Positions 1 through 8,671 are shown, counted from the first letter of the stretch. The stretch: DNA of 53,636 bases from an uncultured bacterium (GCA_965364445.1 CBDTXM010000002.1:1-53636); one strand, 5' to 3'. Notes: generated by a model from the sequence alone, not told the origin. Translations and numbers: made by a program.

Positions 1-512
1 TTGCCGGCATGGACCTGGAAGATCAGGGGCGGGCCCATGGCCCGGCGGTGGCGCCCGGGCTCTTCGGGAGTCTCCACGAACCGTTCGAGATAGCCGGCAT
101 CACCGAGCTCGCGGCGGACGAGGGTCGCAAGAGCGTCTGCGGTCCACTCCCGGGCCATTCCGCGCATGGCTTCACGAGTCGTCCGTTGCGACCAGCCCAG
201 TCCGGACTGAAGTCGGAACTCCGCCTCCCTTCCCAGGGCATCCCCCGGGTCGGCCAGCCGCATCGCGGAGCGAGAAACGGCCCGCATCACCTCGGCCTGC
301 GACAGTTCGCTTCGGGCCCTCAGCGCGGCGGCTCGAACCGTATCCGAAATCACCGCGGCGTCCTTTTCTGTCAGCTGGGGCGCCCGTGGCTCGCGTGGCA
401 GGTCCGACGTCCCCCCGGTCGCCTCCGGAACTCCACCATAGCCGGGAAGGTGCCAGGCGGGCGTGGCAGGGATCCGCCTGGAGTCAGGGGACTTCTTCCG
501 GTCCTCGGTCAC
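1..512 (-). CDS. LuxC-like acyl-CoA/acyl-protein reductase, 5' part only (gene continues beyond the left edge)
   Basis: Absent from the ORF track because it has no stop inside the window. My translation of the minus strand from GTG (512-510) reads VTEDRKKSPDSRRIPATPAWHLPGYGG...LTEKDAAVISDTVRAAALRARSELSQAEVMRAV...ELGDAGYLERFVETPEEPGRHRRAMGPPLIFQVHAGN and stays open to position 1. The ...HAGN ending and the position directly after a LuxE-like gene (GTGA start/stop overlap at 509-512) fit the LuxC reductase family. Confidence 0.5.
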   Translation of the reverse strand, partial: MTEDRKKSPDSRRIPATPAWHLPGYGGVPEATGGTSDLPREPRAPQLTEKDAAVISDTVRAAALRARSELSQAEVMRAVSRSAMRLADPGDALGREAEFRLQSGLGWSQRTTREAMRGMAREWTADALATLVRRELGDAGYLERFVETPEEPGRHRRAMGPPLIFQVHAG

Positions 513-1723
513 CCTTCCTCCGTTGCACGAAGCAGCTCGGAGGTGGCCAGCGAACACCCGCGTGGGGGCGCGCCGGGCGTCCTTCCGAGCAACCGGATCC
601 CGCCGCCATCGAGAATCCCGCGATCCTCCGTCAGCACGCTCATTACGGATCCCGCGTTCGCGAGATCGAAGTGGCAGAGAATTCCCTCCGAACCTTCGGA
701 TCGCGGCTCCAGACTCACGGGATCGAGGACGAGGGTCCGCAACCATGGTGGACCTGTTAGGGCCGGAAGGCCTATGCCCCGGCCATATCGCTGCGACAGC
801 AACTCCGTCATTCCGAACTCGTTGACCAGGTGGGAGGGCTCGAGTCCCAGGCGTGGCAGCAAACCGCGAAAGGTGGCATCTCGATCCAGTCCGTCCCGGC
901 CTTTCGTACCGCCCGTGTCCATGAGCAACGAACCGGCCGGCAACGTCCAGAGCCGATCCGTCCCGGCGAGCCGATCCGACCAGGCGTCGAACGCGAGCGT
1001 AGTGCCCAGCAGAACCATGGGCGTACCAGCCAGATCCGATGCTTCCGCAGCGCCCGTCGCTGCGTCACAGAGCGCGGACAGCGCTCGCCAGTCGATGCCC
1101 ACCGCAGATGCCACCGAGCGCGAGCCCGGTCGACCGGCGCTCCGAATCAGATCGTCGAGCATCCAGGAGAGCGAGGATCCATCGGCCGGGTCGAAAGGAG
1201 GAACGAGGCTGATCAGGAGTGGAGCTCCCATGGCCGGCGACTTTCCCCGTGACCCGTCCGGGCCGCCCTCGCGCACCTCCAACACGAGGCGTCGGAAGGC
1301 AGCACGCAGCGACGCCCGATAGAGCTCCGGATCTGGGACGATGTGCGTACCTCGCGAGGTCGAGCCTCGCGTGGTTCCGCTCGTCCGGAACCGCAACTCT
1401 CTGCGGGTCGAAGTCGTCCTGAACTCCACGTGGCGGAATGCTTCCGTCGGAACCGGGGGGATTCGGCGCCAGTCGTCCACCGACGTGGGCGAAACACCGC
1501 GTGCGGAGCAGTAGTTGCGATAGGGCGTGCAACTCTCGAATTGAAACTCGAAGATGTCGTGCGCGAGAGCGGCGAACTTGTCCTCGGACCAGTCCCCACC
1601 CGTCCAGGACGAGAACTCCCCAATGAGCTGCTCAGAGAGTCGCTCGAATGTCGAGAGTGCCGGCCGGTCCGAAGAACGCGGATTCATGGCGGGAATCTGG
1701 GGCGACCGCGTGCGGCGCGACAC
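509..1723 (-). CDS. LuxE-like acyl-protein synthetase (adenylate-forming fatty-acid activating enzyme)
   Basis: 404-aa ORF. The N-terminal FAALAHDIFEFQFESCTPYRNYCSARG and internal RTSGTTRGSTSRG / DTGGTKG segments resemble the LuxE acyl-protein synthetase family. Third codon positions are G/C-rich. The stop overlaps the start of the LuxC-like ORF. Confidence 0.7.
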   Translation of the reverse strand: MSRRTRSPQIPAMNPRSSDRPALSTFERLSEQLIGEFSSWTGGDWSEDKFAALAHDIFEFQFESCTPYRNYCSARGVSPTSVDDWRRIPPVPTEAFRHVEFRTTSTRRELRFRTSGTTRGSTSRGTHIVPDPELYRASLRAAFRRLVLEVREGGPDGSRGKSPAMGAPLLISLVPPFDPADGSSLSWMLDDLIRSAGRPGSRSVASAVGIDWRALSALCDAATGAAEASDLAGTPMVLLGTTLAFDAWSDRLAGTDRLWTLPAGSLLMDTGGTKGRDGLDRDATFRGLLPRLGLEPSHLVNEFGMTELLSQRYGRGIGLPALTGPPWLRTLVLDPVSLEPRSEGSEGILCHFDLANAGSVMSVLTEDRGILDGGGIRLLGRTPGAPPRGCSLATSELLRATEEG

Positions 1724-1745
1724 CCATCCGGTCAGAGGTCGGCGG

Positions 1746-2885
1746 TCAATGAAGTGTCAGAAGCCCTTCCTGCACCAAGCCTTTACGTATCCACTTTACC
1801 TTGATCCCAGCATCCTGGCCCTCCTGGACCTCGCGGCGGAAGTCCGCGCTGGATGGAACGGAACGTCCGTTCACCTCGACCACTACATCGCCACCGCGAA
1901 GCCCCAGCCGACCGGCAGGAGTGTCCGGAATCACCCTGAGGACGAGCAGACCGTCGGACTGTCCGTCGAAGTACTCGGCCAGCTCCGGGGTCATCTCCCG
2001 GAATTCCGCGCCGGCGACCCTGCCGTGTGTGTCTTCCGGCGTGAACGTCCAGACGGCATCCCGGTGCATTCGCGCCAGGCTGTCCAGCTGCACTCGGGCG
2101 ATTTCGAGGGTGCGATGGCGAACGGATTCGAGCCGACGTGCGAGGCCCTTGCCCTGCACGACCCATGCTGCGCGCGGCTTGCCGTCGGGTGCGGGCGCTC
2201 GCGATCGCACGAGCAGGGAATCGTGATCCGCGATCTCGACGTTCAGCCCGCCTTCGGCATCGGGCTCGATGAGGACGAATGCCCGACCCGCTTCTCCCAC
2301 CTCCAGTGAGTCGAGCCGGATTTCCAGCTCTTCGATGAACTCGGGAGCTGGAAACCGGTACACCTGGACGTGCTCCATACCGCCATCGGGAGCCGGGCTC
2401 CTCCATTCGAAACGCATCGTCCGGGACGGGGTGCGAACCTCGGGCACCACGTCCAACTCGCGGCGACCCTCCGGACCGGCCAGGGAGAGCCGGACGGGCT
2501 GACCCGACACCAGCGACTGCAACGAACTCCTGCCTTCGGCGGTTGCGAGGGAGACTCCGTCCAGGGCGACGATCGTATCGCGCGCCCGCACGCCCGCCCG
2601 ATCGGCCGGCCCGCCCTCGACGACAGAGATCACGACAGGTGAACTGTCACACTCGGCCGTGGGATCCGAGGGCGCGCAGAAGGGATTCAGGAATAGCCCG
2701 AGCCGGGCGCGCCCGGGACCGTCGGGAGACACGAGCATTCCTGCGATCGGAGCCGGTGCCGGCTCCTGCAGCTCCTGGGCGACGAGCTTTGCTCGCACCC
2801 CATCCCGCCCGGGAAGCGCGGGGACGAGGACCGCAGCGACTCCGCTCAGTATCACTGCTGCCGGAAAGAGACGACGGACGCGCAC
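1746..2885 (-). CDS. Membrane-anchored tandem-PDZ protein (no protease domain seen)
   Basis: The ORF-track entry 1746..3467 was trimmed. Its first ~190 codons are Arg/Gly-rich and overlap the anti-sigma gene in another frame. An in-frame GTG at 2885 lies 2 nt after the anti-sigma stop and gives VRVRRLFPAAVILSGVAAVLVPAL (anchor). Two PDZ-like segments follow (VVISVVEGGPADRAGVRARDTIVALDG and LLVLRVIPDTPAGRLGLRGGDVVVEVNG). Confidence 0.7.
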   Translation of the reverse strand: MRVRRLFPAAVILSGVAAVLVPALPGRDGVRAKLVAQELQEPAPAPIAGMLVSPDGPGRARLGLFLNPFCAPSDPTAECDSSPVVISVVEGGPADRAGVRARDTIVALDGVSLATAEGRSSLQSLVSGQPVRLSLAGPEGRRELDVVPEVRTPSRTMRFEWRSPAPDGGMEHVQVYRFPAPEFIEELEIRLDSLEVGEAGRAFVLIEPDAEGGLNVEIADHDSLLVRSRAPAPDGKPRAAWVVQGKGLARRLESVRHRTLEIARVQLDSLARMHRDAVWTFTPEDTHGRVAGAEFREMTPELAEYFDGQSDGLLVLRVIPDTPAGRLGLRGGDVVVEVNGRSVPSSADFRREVQEGQDAGIKVKWIRKGLVQEGLLTLH

Positions 2886-2887
2886 GA

Positions 2888-3562
2888 TCAATACTCCACC
2901 GACGTGTATCGAAGCGATCGATTCAGCTGCCCGGCGAGAGATGCTCGCTCGTCCACCACATCGAACAGGAAGTCGTTCAGCGCCGGATCTGTCGGCGCCG
3001 TCCGCAGCGCCTCCCGGGACGCCTCGATCAGCGCATCCAGCTTCATCAGCCGCTCGGTCGCCGCCGACGGATCGCTCCACGCCTCGGAACCGGACGCGCC
3101 CTCCCCCCGGAGCCGTTCGATCTCCGCGACGGTTCGCAGATACGCTTCCGTCGCATCGCTCGACCCTACCGCACGCGCATCGACGCCGGGAGACTCGAGG
3201 ATGGCGGTTCTCGCCGGCGGTTCGTCGTCGGTAGACGCCATCTGACGCCCGACACCCAGACCCGCTGCGAACAGAACCACTACGGCCGCCGCCCAGAGCG
3301 GTCGCATGGGGAGCCGTGCAGGGAACGAACGTCGCTGACCGATCCGATCGACGCCCGCTCCCAGCCGCTCGCTGACCCGGTCCCATTCGTCGGCCGGCGG
3401 CTCGAGTTCCGGCATCGCCGAAAGCGCCATGCGGACGCGAACCATCTGCTCGTATTCGTGCGTGCACGCTTCGCAGTCCTCCAGGTGTGCCCGGTCCGGA
3501 CCGAGTTCGTCCGGCCCATCCAGGAGGGCCGCGATCCGTTCTCTGCTCAGGTGCTCAACCAT
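2888..3562 (-). CDS. Anti-sigma factor (zf-HC2 type, single-pass membrane protein)
   Basis: The N-terminal H-x3-C-x2-C motif (AHLEDCEAC) is typical of ECF anti-sigma factors. It has a central hydrophobic helix PLWAAAVVVLFAAGLGVG. Its ATG overlaps the end of the ECF sigma gene by 8 nt. Confidence 0.75.
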   Translation of the reverse strand: MVEHLSRERIAALLDGPDELGPDRAHLEDCEACTHEYEQMVRVRMALSAMPELEPPADEWDRVSERLGAGVDRIGQRRSFPARLPMRPLWAAAVVVLFAAGLGVGRQMASTDDEPPARTAILESPGVDARAVGSSDATEAYLRTVAEIERLRGEGASGSEAWSDPSAATERLMKLDALIEASREALRTAPTDPALNDFLFDVVDERASLAGQLNRSLRYTSVEY

Positions 3563-4154
3563 GATATCCCGCTTCGTTCCTTCCCTCTCTTGGAGACAGC
3601 AGATCGCGCATCCGGGCGCGCGCCTTGTGCAATTGGGATTTCGACGTACCGATCGCCACGCCCAGCTGTTCCGCGATTTCCTCGTGCGTCATGCCTTCGA
3701 CGTCATGCATCACCAGCACCTTTCGATATCCCTCGGGCAGACGATCCAGAGCCTGGCCCAGCACCCGCTGGTTGAGGATCCGATCGTCGGGCTCCGGCGG
3801 GACCGCTGGAGGCTCGGCCGCCGATTCCACGTCGGGCCTTCGCCCCTGGCGGCGCAGCCGGTTCAGCGCCGTGTTCACGGCCAGGCGGTGCATCCAGGTC
3901 CCGAACGCGGCCTCGCCGCGGAACGAGCCGAGCTTCTCGAAGGCCCTGACCCACGCGTCCTGCGAGACGTCCTCGGCGAGGTGGTCATCCCCGACCAATC
4001 GGCGCACCACGCTGTACACCCGGCCGGAGTGCTCCCTGTAGAGGGACTCCATGGCCCGGGCATCGCCGGCGCGGGCTGCCGCGAGCAGCCGGGCGTCGGT
4101 CACCGGGGACCCGTCGAGTCTTCCATGTTCACCAACCGTTTGGACCTTCGACAT
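3555..4154 (-). CDS. ECF-type RNA polymerase sigma-70 family factor
   Basis: 199 aa with region 2 (GRVYSVVRRLVGDDHLAEDVSQDAWVRAF) and region 4 HTH (EGMTHEEIAEQLGVAIGTSKSQLHKARARM). Confidence 0.9.
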   Translation of the reverse strand: MSKVQTVGEHGRLDGSPVTDARLLAAARAGDARAMESLYREHSGRVYSVVRRLVGDDHLAEDVSQDAWVRAFEKLGSFRGEAAFGTWMHRLAVNTALNRLRRQGRRPDVESAAEPPAVPPEPDDRILNQRVLGQALDRLPEGYRKVLVMHDVEGMTHEEIAEQLGVAIGTSKSQLHKARARMRDLLSPREGRNEAGYHG

Positions 4155-4233
4155 GGCCGGACGGTTGCCCGCGCAGCCCTTGCGCCCGTCGGCTCCGGGT
4201 TCGGCTCGAAGACCGGCATCGGGACGGCCACGT

Positions 4234-5142
4234 TCAGGGCCGGGGGCCGAGCCTCCGGATCAGGGGAGGCGTCGCGAAGAACGCGGTCAGGGCCCACACG
4301 AGACCGGCCGCCATGTCGATGCCGTAGTGGAATCGACCGTAGACGGTTCCGAGTGTGAGTGACACCGCGAAGGGGGCCAGGATCCAGAATGCGCGCTTGT
4401 TCACCGAGCCGCAGGCGAACCAGGCCGAACAGGTGGCCGCTACGTGAGAGCTCGGGAAGGCGGTTCCCTTCGAGGAGCCGCTCTCGAGGATCGAGTGCAC
4501 GAGGCCGAAAATCACGCCGTCGGACGGAGGGCCCGTAATCTTCGGAAAGTCGTAACGCGGCCCGGCCACGGGAAACACGGCGAAGCAGAGGTAGCAGAGG
4601 AAAAACCCCAGCGCGGTCGTGAACGCGGCCCGCTCGAGTCCCTCCTTCCCGGCGGCGCGCCAGGATGCGATCAGGGCGGCCGGCACCACCAGGTAGTAGG
4701 ACACGTAGCCAAAATGCAGCGCCTCGGAGAACCAGCGATTCGGAATCCAGTCGCTCGCCGTGACGCTGAGCTGAACCCCGAACAGCGCTTCCTCCCAGAT
4801 CTGAACGGCGGGGTCGAAGTATCCGGGAAACAGGAGCTGATTGAGCGTCGCCAGCTCCATGTAGAAGACGGGCGTCACGGCGACGGGATAAGCGATCCTG
4901 AGAAACGAGGCGATCGTTCCGGTCGGTCGCGGCAGCTTTCCGAGTACGAGAACGGCCCCGATCCCGAACAGGTGAAGCAGCGCGATCCATGCGCCGGTCT
5001 CGGTGCGCGATACGAGCGCTATGATCGCGGTCGCCGCGAGGTATGCCGCGGTCAGTACGTCGACGGTCAGCGGGGCGGAGCGGTCGAGCCCGAGGTCGTC
5101 GGGCAGATGAGCCACGGATCCCGCGTTCGGAATGTCAGCCAT
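4234..5142 (-). CDS. PAP2-superfamily integral membrane enzyme (lipid phosphatase / phospho-head-group transferase type)
   Basis: 302 aa, multi-pass hydrophobic. Carries PAP2 acid-phosphatase motifs FPSSHVAAT and GRFHYGIDMAAG near the C-terminus. Confidence 0.8.
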   Translation of the reverse strand: MADIPNAGSVAHLPDDLGLDRSAPLTVDVLTAAYLAATAIIALVSRTETGAWIALLHLFGIGAVLVLGKLPRPTGTIASFLRIAYPVAVTPVFYMELATLNQLLFPGYFDPAVQIWEEALFGVQLSVTASDWIPNRWFSEALHFGYVSYYLVVPAALIASWRAAGKEGLERAAFTTALGFFLCYLCFAVFPVAGPRYDFPKITGPPSDGVIFGLVHSILESGSSKGTAFPSSHVAATCSAWFACGSVNKRAFWILAPFAVSLTLGTVYGRFHYGIDMAAGLVWALTAFFATPPLIRRLGPRP

Positions 5143-5151
5143 CAGATCTCC

Positions 5152-6117
5152 TCATCGACGCAACCATCCCTTTTCTCGATACCAGGCCGCGGACTCCGTC
5201 AGTCCCTCCTGAAGCGTCACGGCGGGGCGCCAGCCCAGAGCGCGCTCGATCGGGTCGAGCTCGCAGGTCCAGTCGAGACGGGTCAAATCAATGGCCCGTC
5301 TCCGATCGAGATCAGGGGCCCGTCTCAGCAACTTCGCCGCCAGCTCGCCGAAGGTGCCCGCGGCGAGAAACAGAGACGCCGGAATCCGCACCGGGCGAAC
5401 CTCACGGCCGACGGCTGCACCAAGCGCGGCCGCGATCTCCTCCCAGGAATGCACATCCGGTCCACCGATAGCCAGCGGTCCAGCGATCTCGGACTCGTCG
5501 CCCAGCGCCCGCAAGACGGCCGCGGCCACGTCGGCTGCGTAGACCGGCTGCAGGCGTCCAACGACCCCGGGGACAGGAACGAATCCGCTCGCTGCGAGTC
5601 GGAACAGGGGCAGCAGATCGGTGTCCCGCGGTCCGTACACGCCTCCCGGACGGAGCACCCGCGCCTGCATTCGGCTCGCCGATTCCACCACGCTCGCCAG
5701 CCGTCGCTCGGCTTCCAGCTTGCTGGCGCCGTACGGACTTGCCGGACCACGGCCGCCGTCCGGGCCTCGCGCGGCGAGGCTGCTGACCAGCACGAAGCGT
5801 CGCACGCTCGCTTGCGCCGCTGCCGTGGCAATGATCTCGGTGATCTCGGCATTCACGAAGAAGTAATCTGATTCGTAGCGCGCCCTCGTGAGCCCGGCCG
5901 CATGCACGACGTGCTCGACCCCCTCGAGCGCAGCCTGCAGCATCGATCGCGACGACAGGTCGATGGTGATCGTCTCGATCTCGCTGCCCTCGAGCCACCT
6001 GGTGTCGCTCGTCGCTCGAATCGCACAGCGAACCCGATACCCGGCCCGCACGAGGGACTCGGCCACGTGACTGCCGACGAACCCCGTTGCGCCTGTCAGG
6101 AATACGAGCGAAGACAC
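5152..6117 (-). CDS. NAD(P)-dependent epimerase/dehydratase-type extended SDR
   Basis: N-terminal Rossmann motif FLTGATGFVGSHV and catalytic YGASK. 321 aa. Confidence 0.9.
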   Translation of the reverse strand: MSSLVFLTGATGFVGSHVAESLVRAGYRVRCAIRATSDTRWLEGSEIETITIDLSSRSMLQAALEGVEHVVHAAGLTRARYESDYFFVNAEITEIIATAAAQASVRRFVLVSSLAARGPDGGRGPASPYGASKLEAERRLASVVESASRMQARVLRPGGVYGPRDTDLLPLFRLAASGFVPVPGVVGRLQPVYAADVAAAVLRALGDESEIAGPLAIGGPDVHSWEEIAAALGAAVGREVRPVRIPASLFLAAGTFGELAAKLLRRAPDLDRRRAIDLTRLDWTCELDPIERALGWRPAVTLQEGLTESAAWYREKGWLRR

Positions 6118-6124
6118 GGCCGTC

Positions 6125-7252
6125 TCAGATCGGCCGGTCGTACAGCAGATAACGCTTCGAGATCTCCGATCCGATGCGTTCGAGCGGCTTCCGCATCGCC
6201 GCGTTGTCCTCGAGGATCCAGGAGAACTCGCCCCCGATCGTGCCCGCCGCGCCGCCGTGCCGGAACAGGGCCATGATCAGGAGGTTGTCGATGCCCTGGC
6301 CACGCGCCTCGGGAACGAGCCCCAGGGTGAGAACCCGGCAGTAGTCCATCTTCGGAAGGTACTTCAGGATCTTGAACAGGCCGAAGGGAAACAGCCTGCC
6401 CCTGGCATGAATCAGGGCCTGGTTCGCATCCATGAGAAAGAGCGTGAACCCTATCACCTCTCCATCGTCCCGTTCGGCGAAGATCACCTGGCTCGGAATC
6501 CGCTTCACCAGCGGCTTCAGCTCGTGGGCCATGAAATCGATCTCGGCATCCGTCATCGGGACGAATCCCCAGTTGTCTTCCCAGGCCTTGTTGTACAGGA
6601 CGCGCAGCCGCTCCAGCTCTTCCTCGAAGTGCGCCATGTCGATGGTGCGGGTGCGGACGCCCAGCCTCTTCTCGAGCTTCGACTCCAGCTTGACCAGCTT
6701 CTCGGGAGGCACGCTGTGCGACAGATGATACGCTATGAGACTCTGCGATCTTTCGAATCCGGCCCCTTCGACGAGGTCGACGTAATACTCCGGATTGTAG
6801 GGCATCATCACTGTCGGCGGACGATCGAAACCCATGACCAGCAGCCCGGCCATCTCGTTGAGCGAGAATGAGGTCGGACCCCGCATCGTCTCCAGGTCTC
6901 GCTCGCTGAGCCACCCCGCGACCCGGTCGAAGAGCGCGCCGGCTACCTCGGGATCGTTCTCCGACTCGAAATAGCCGAAGAATCCGACCGGCTCCTCGTG
7001 ATAGGCGACGTGATTCCGGTTGTTGATCGCTGCGATCCGCCCGACCGCTCGGCCGTCGCGGTAGGCTACGAAGGGCTGCACTTCGGAGTGTCGATGGAAC
7101 GGATGCTTCTTCTTGTTGAAGGCCGTCTTCACGTCCCGCAACAGGGGTGCGACCCACCTGGGGTCGCCCTCGTAGATCGCATACGGCAGGTGCAGGAAGT
7201 CTCGAAACCGGCGTCGGTCATCCGCAGGGAGTACCTCGATGCGGCCCGGCAT
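6125..7252 (-). CDS. GNAT-fold N-acyltransferase-like protein of unknown specificity
   Basis: The ORF track gives 6125..7282 with a GTG start. I prefer the ATG at 7252 (MPGRIEVLPADDRRRFRDFLHLPYAIYEGDPRWVAPLL), which begins 5 nt after the upstream stop instead of overlapping it by 25 nt. The C-terminal half (LGLVPEARGQGIDNLLI...) looks like an acyl-CoA N-acyltransferase fold. Confidence 0.7.
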   Translation of the reverse strand: MPGRIEVLPADDRRRFRDFLHLPYAIYEGDPRWVAPLLRDVKTAFNKKKHPFHRHSEVQPFVAYRDGRAVGRIAAINNRNHVAYHEEPVGFFGYFESENDPEVAGALFDRVAGWLSERDLETMRGPTSFSLNEMAGLLVMGFDRPPTVMMPYNPEYYVDLVEGAGFERSQSLIAYHLSHSVPPEKLVKLESKLEKRLGVRTRTIDMAHFEEELERLRVLYNKAWEDNWGFVPMTDAEIDFMAHELKPLVKRIPSQVIFAERDDGEVIGFTLFLMDANQALIHARGRLFPFGLFKILKYLPKMDYCRVLTLGLVPEARGQGIDNLLIMALFRHGGAAGTIGGEFSWILEDNAAMRKPLERIGSEISKRYLLYDRPI

Positions 7253-7257
7253 TCCGC

Positions 7258-8439
7258 TCACAGGACGCCGTACTTCGTACACACCTTCTCGAGAACCTCG
7301 AGCACGAAGTCCAGCTGCTCATCCGTGTGCGTCGCCATGTAGCTGGTCCTGAGCCGGCAGCTGCCCTCGGGCACGGCCGGCGGAACCACCGGGTTGGTGA
7401 ACACCCCGGCGTCGAGGATTTCGCGCCAGACCTTGAAGGTCAGGTCCATGGGTCCAATCAGGAGCGGAATGATCGGCGTCTCGGTGGGACCGATCTCGAA
7501 TCCCAGCGCGGTGAGCTCGGCCATCATCCGCCGGGTGTTCTTCCACAGCCGCTCGCGTCGATCCGGCTCGGTACGGATGATCTGGAGCGCCGCCCGCACC
7601 GTCGCCACGGCAGACGGCGGCATGCTCGCACTGAAGATCTCGGTGCGCGCGTGGTTGCGCAGGTAATCGATCACGATGTCGTCGCCGGCCACGAAGCCGC
7701 CGATCGAAGCGAGCGACTTGGAGAACGTGCCCGTGATGAGGTCGACCTCGTCGGTGAGCCCGAAGTGGGCGGCCGTCCCTTCGCCATTGGGACCCAGGAC
7801 ACCGAGCGAGTGCGCGTCGTCCACCATGATCGCGGCGTCGTACTTCTTCACCAGCGGCACCAGTTCCGGAAGGTTGACGATGTCGCCTTCCATGCTGTAC
7901 ACGCCGTCGACGGCGACGAGCTTGCCGCGTGCCGGGTCGGTGTCCCGCAGCAGGGCTTCCAGGTGCGCGTAGTCCTCGTGTCGGAATCGCTGGGTATCCC
8001 CGAAGCTCAACCTGGCACCGTCCTGGATGCAGGCGTGGTCGAGCTTGTCGAGGTACGCCGTGTCGCTCCGACCGACGAGCGCGCTGACGACGCCGAGGTT
8101 CGTCTGGTACCCGGTGCTGAACACCAGTGCGGCTTCCTTGCCGGTGAACTCGGCGAGTTCTTCTTCGAGCAAGTCGTGGATATCGAGGTTCCCGTTCAGG
8201 AACCGGCTTCCGGTGTTGCCGCTTCCATACACCTCGAGAGCGACGCGCGCCGCCTCGAGAATCTGGGGATGGTGCGTGAGGCCCATGTAGTTGTTCGAGC
8301 CGACCATCACCTTCCGATGGCCGTCGATCACAACCTCTGTATCCTGCGATTCCGTGATCTTCTGGAAGTAGGGGTACATGCCCGCCGCGCGGGCTTCGCG
8401 CGCGGCGGTGAATGCGGCGCACTTGTCGAAAAGGTGCAT
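7258..8439 (-). CDS. PLP-dependent alpha-oxoamine synthase, serine-palmitoyltransferase-like
   Basis: 393 aa. Motifs GSNNYMGL, GSGNTGSRFLNG, VFSTGYQTNLG, RFRH, GVYSMEGDI, VDDAHSLGVLGPNGEG, GTFSKS (PLP lysine) and ERLWKN match bacterial Spt as I recall it better than KBL or BioF. Confidence 0.9.
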   Translation of the reverse strand: MHLFDKCAAFTAAREARAAGMYPYFQKITESQDTEVVIDGHRKVMVGSNNYMGLTHHPQILEAARVALEVYGSGNTGSRFLNGNLDIHDLLEEELAEFTGKEAALVFSTGYQTNLGVVSALVGRSDTAYLDKLDHACIQDGARLSFGDTQRFRHEDYAHLEALLRDTDPARGKLVAVDGVYSMEGDIVNLPELVPLVKKYDAAIMVDDAHSLGVLGPNGEGTAAHFGLTDEVDLITGTFSKSLASIGGFVAGDDIVIDYLRNHARTEIFSASMPPSAVATVRAALQIIRTEPDRRERLWKNTRRMMAELTALGFEIGPTETPIIPLLIGPMDLTFKVWREILDAGVFTNPVVPPAVPEGSCRLRTSYMATHTDEQLDFVLEVLEKVCTKYGVL

Positions 8440-8671
8440 CCGGTGCGTCCTCCGGAGGGGTTTTCGTGGCCGGGCCGCTCTCCGTGGAGAGCCCCGATCC
8501 GACCCGCAGAAGCTACCCGAGCGCTACGGGCCCGGCAAGAAACGTCAGTTCGCGGAATGGCTGAGACTTCCGAGACCGCTGCCGGGTTCTCGAAGCGGTC
8601 CCGTGCCGCAGCGAGCCGGGGGCCAGCGCTTGCCCGCGGGCCGTGGAGGGAGCATCCTCCGCGGCGTGAAA

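Noticed and set aside
9-1322. 437-aa plus-strand ORF at the left edge
   Set aside because: It is antisense to the LuxE-like and LuxC-like genes. It is a Pro/Arg/Ser-rich low-complexity translation.
2886-3467. N-terminal 194 codons of the 573-aa ORF 1746..3467
   Set aside because: They overlap the anti-sigma gene in another frame and are Arg/Gly-rich. A GTG at 2885, immediately after the anti-sigma stop, gives a sensible membrane anchor.
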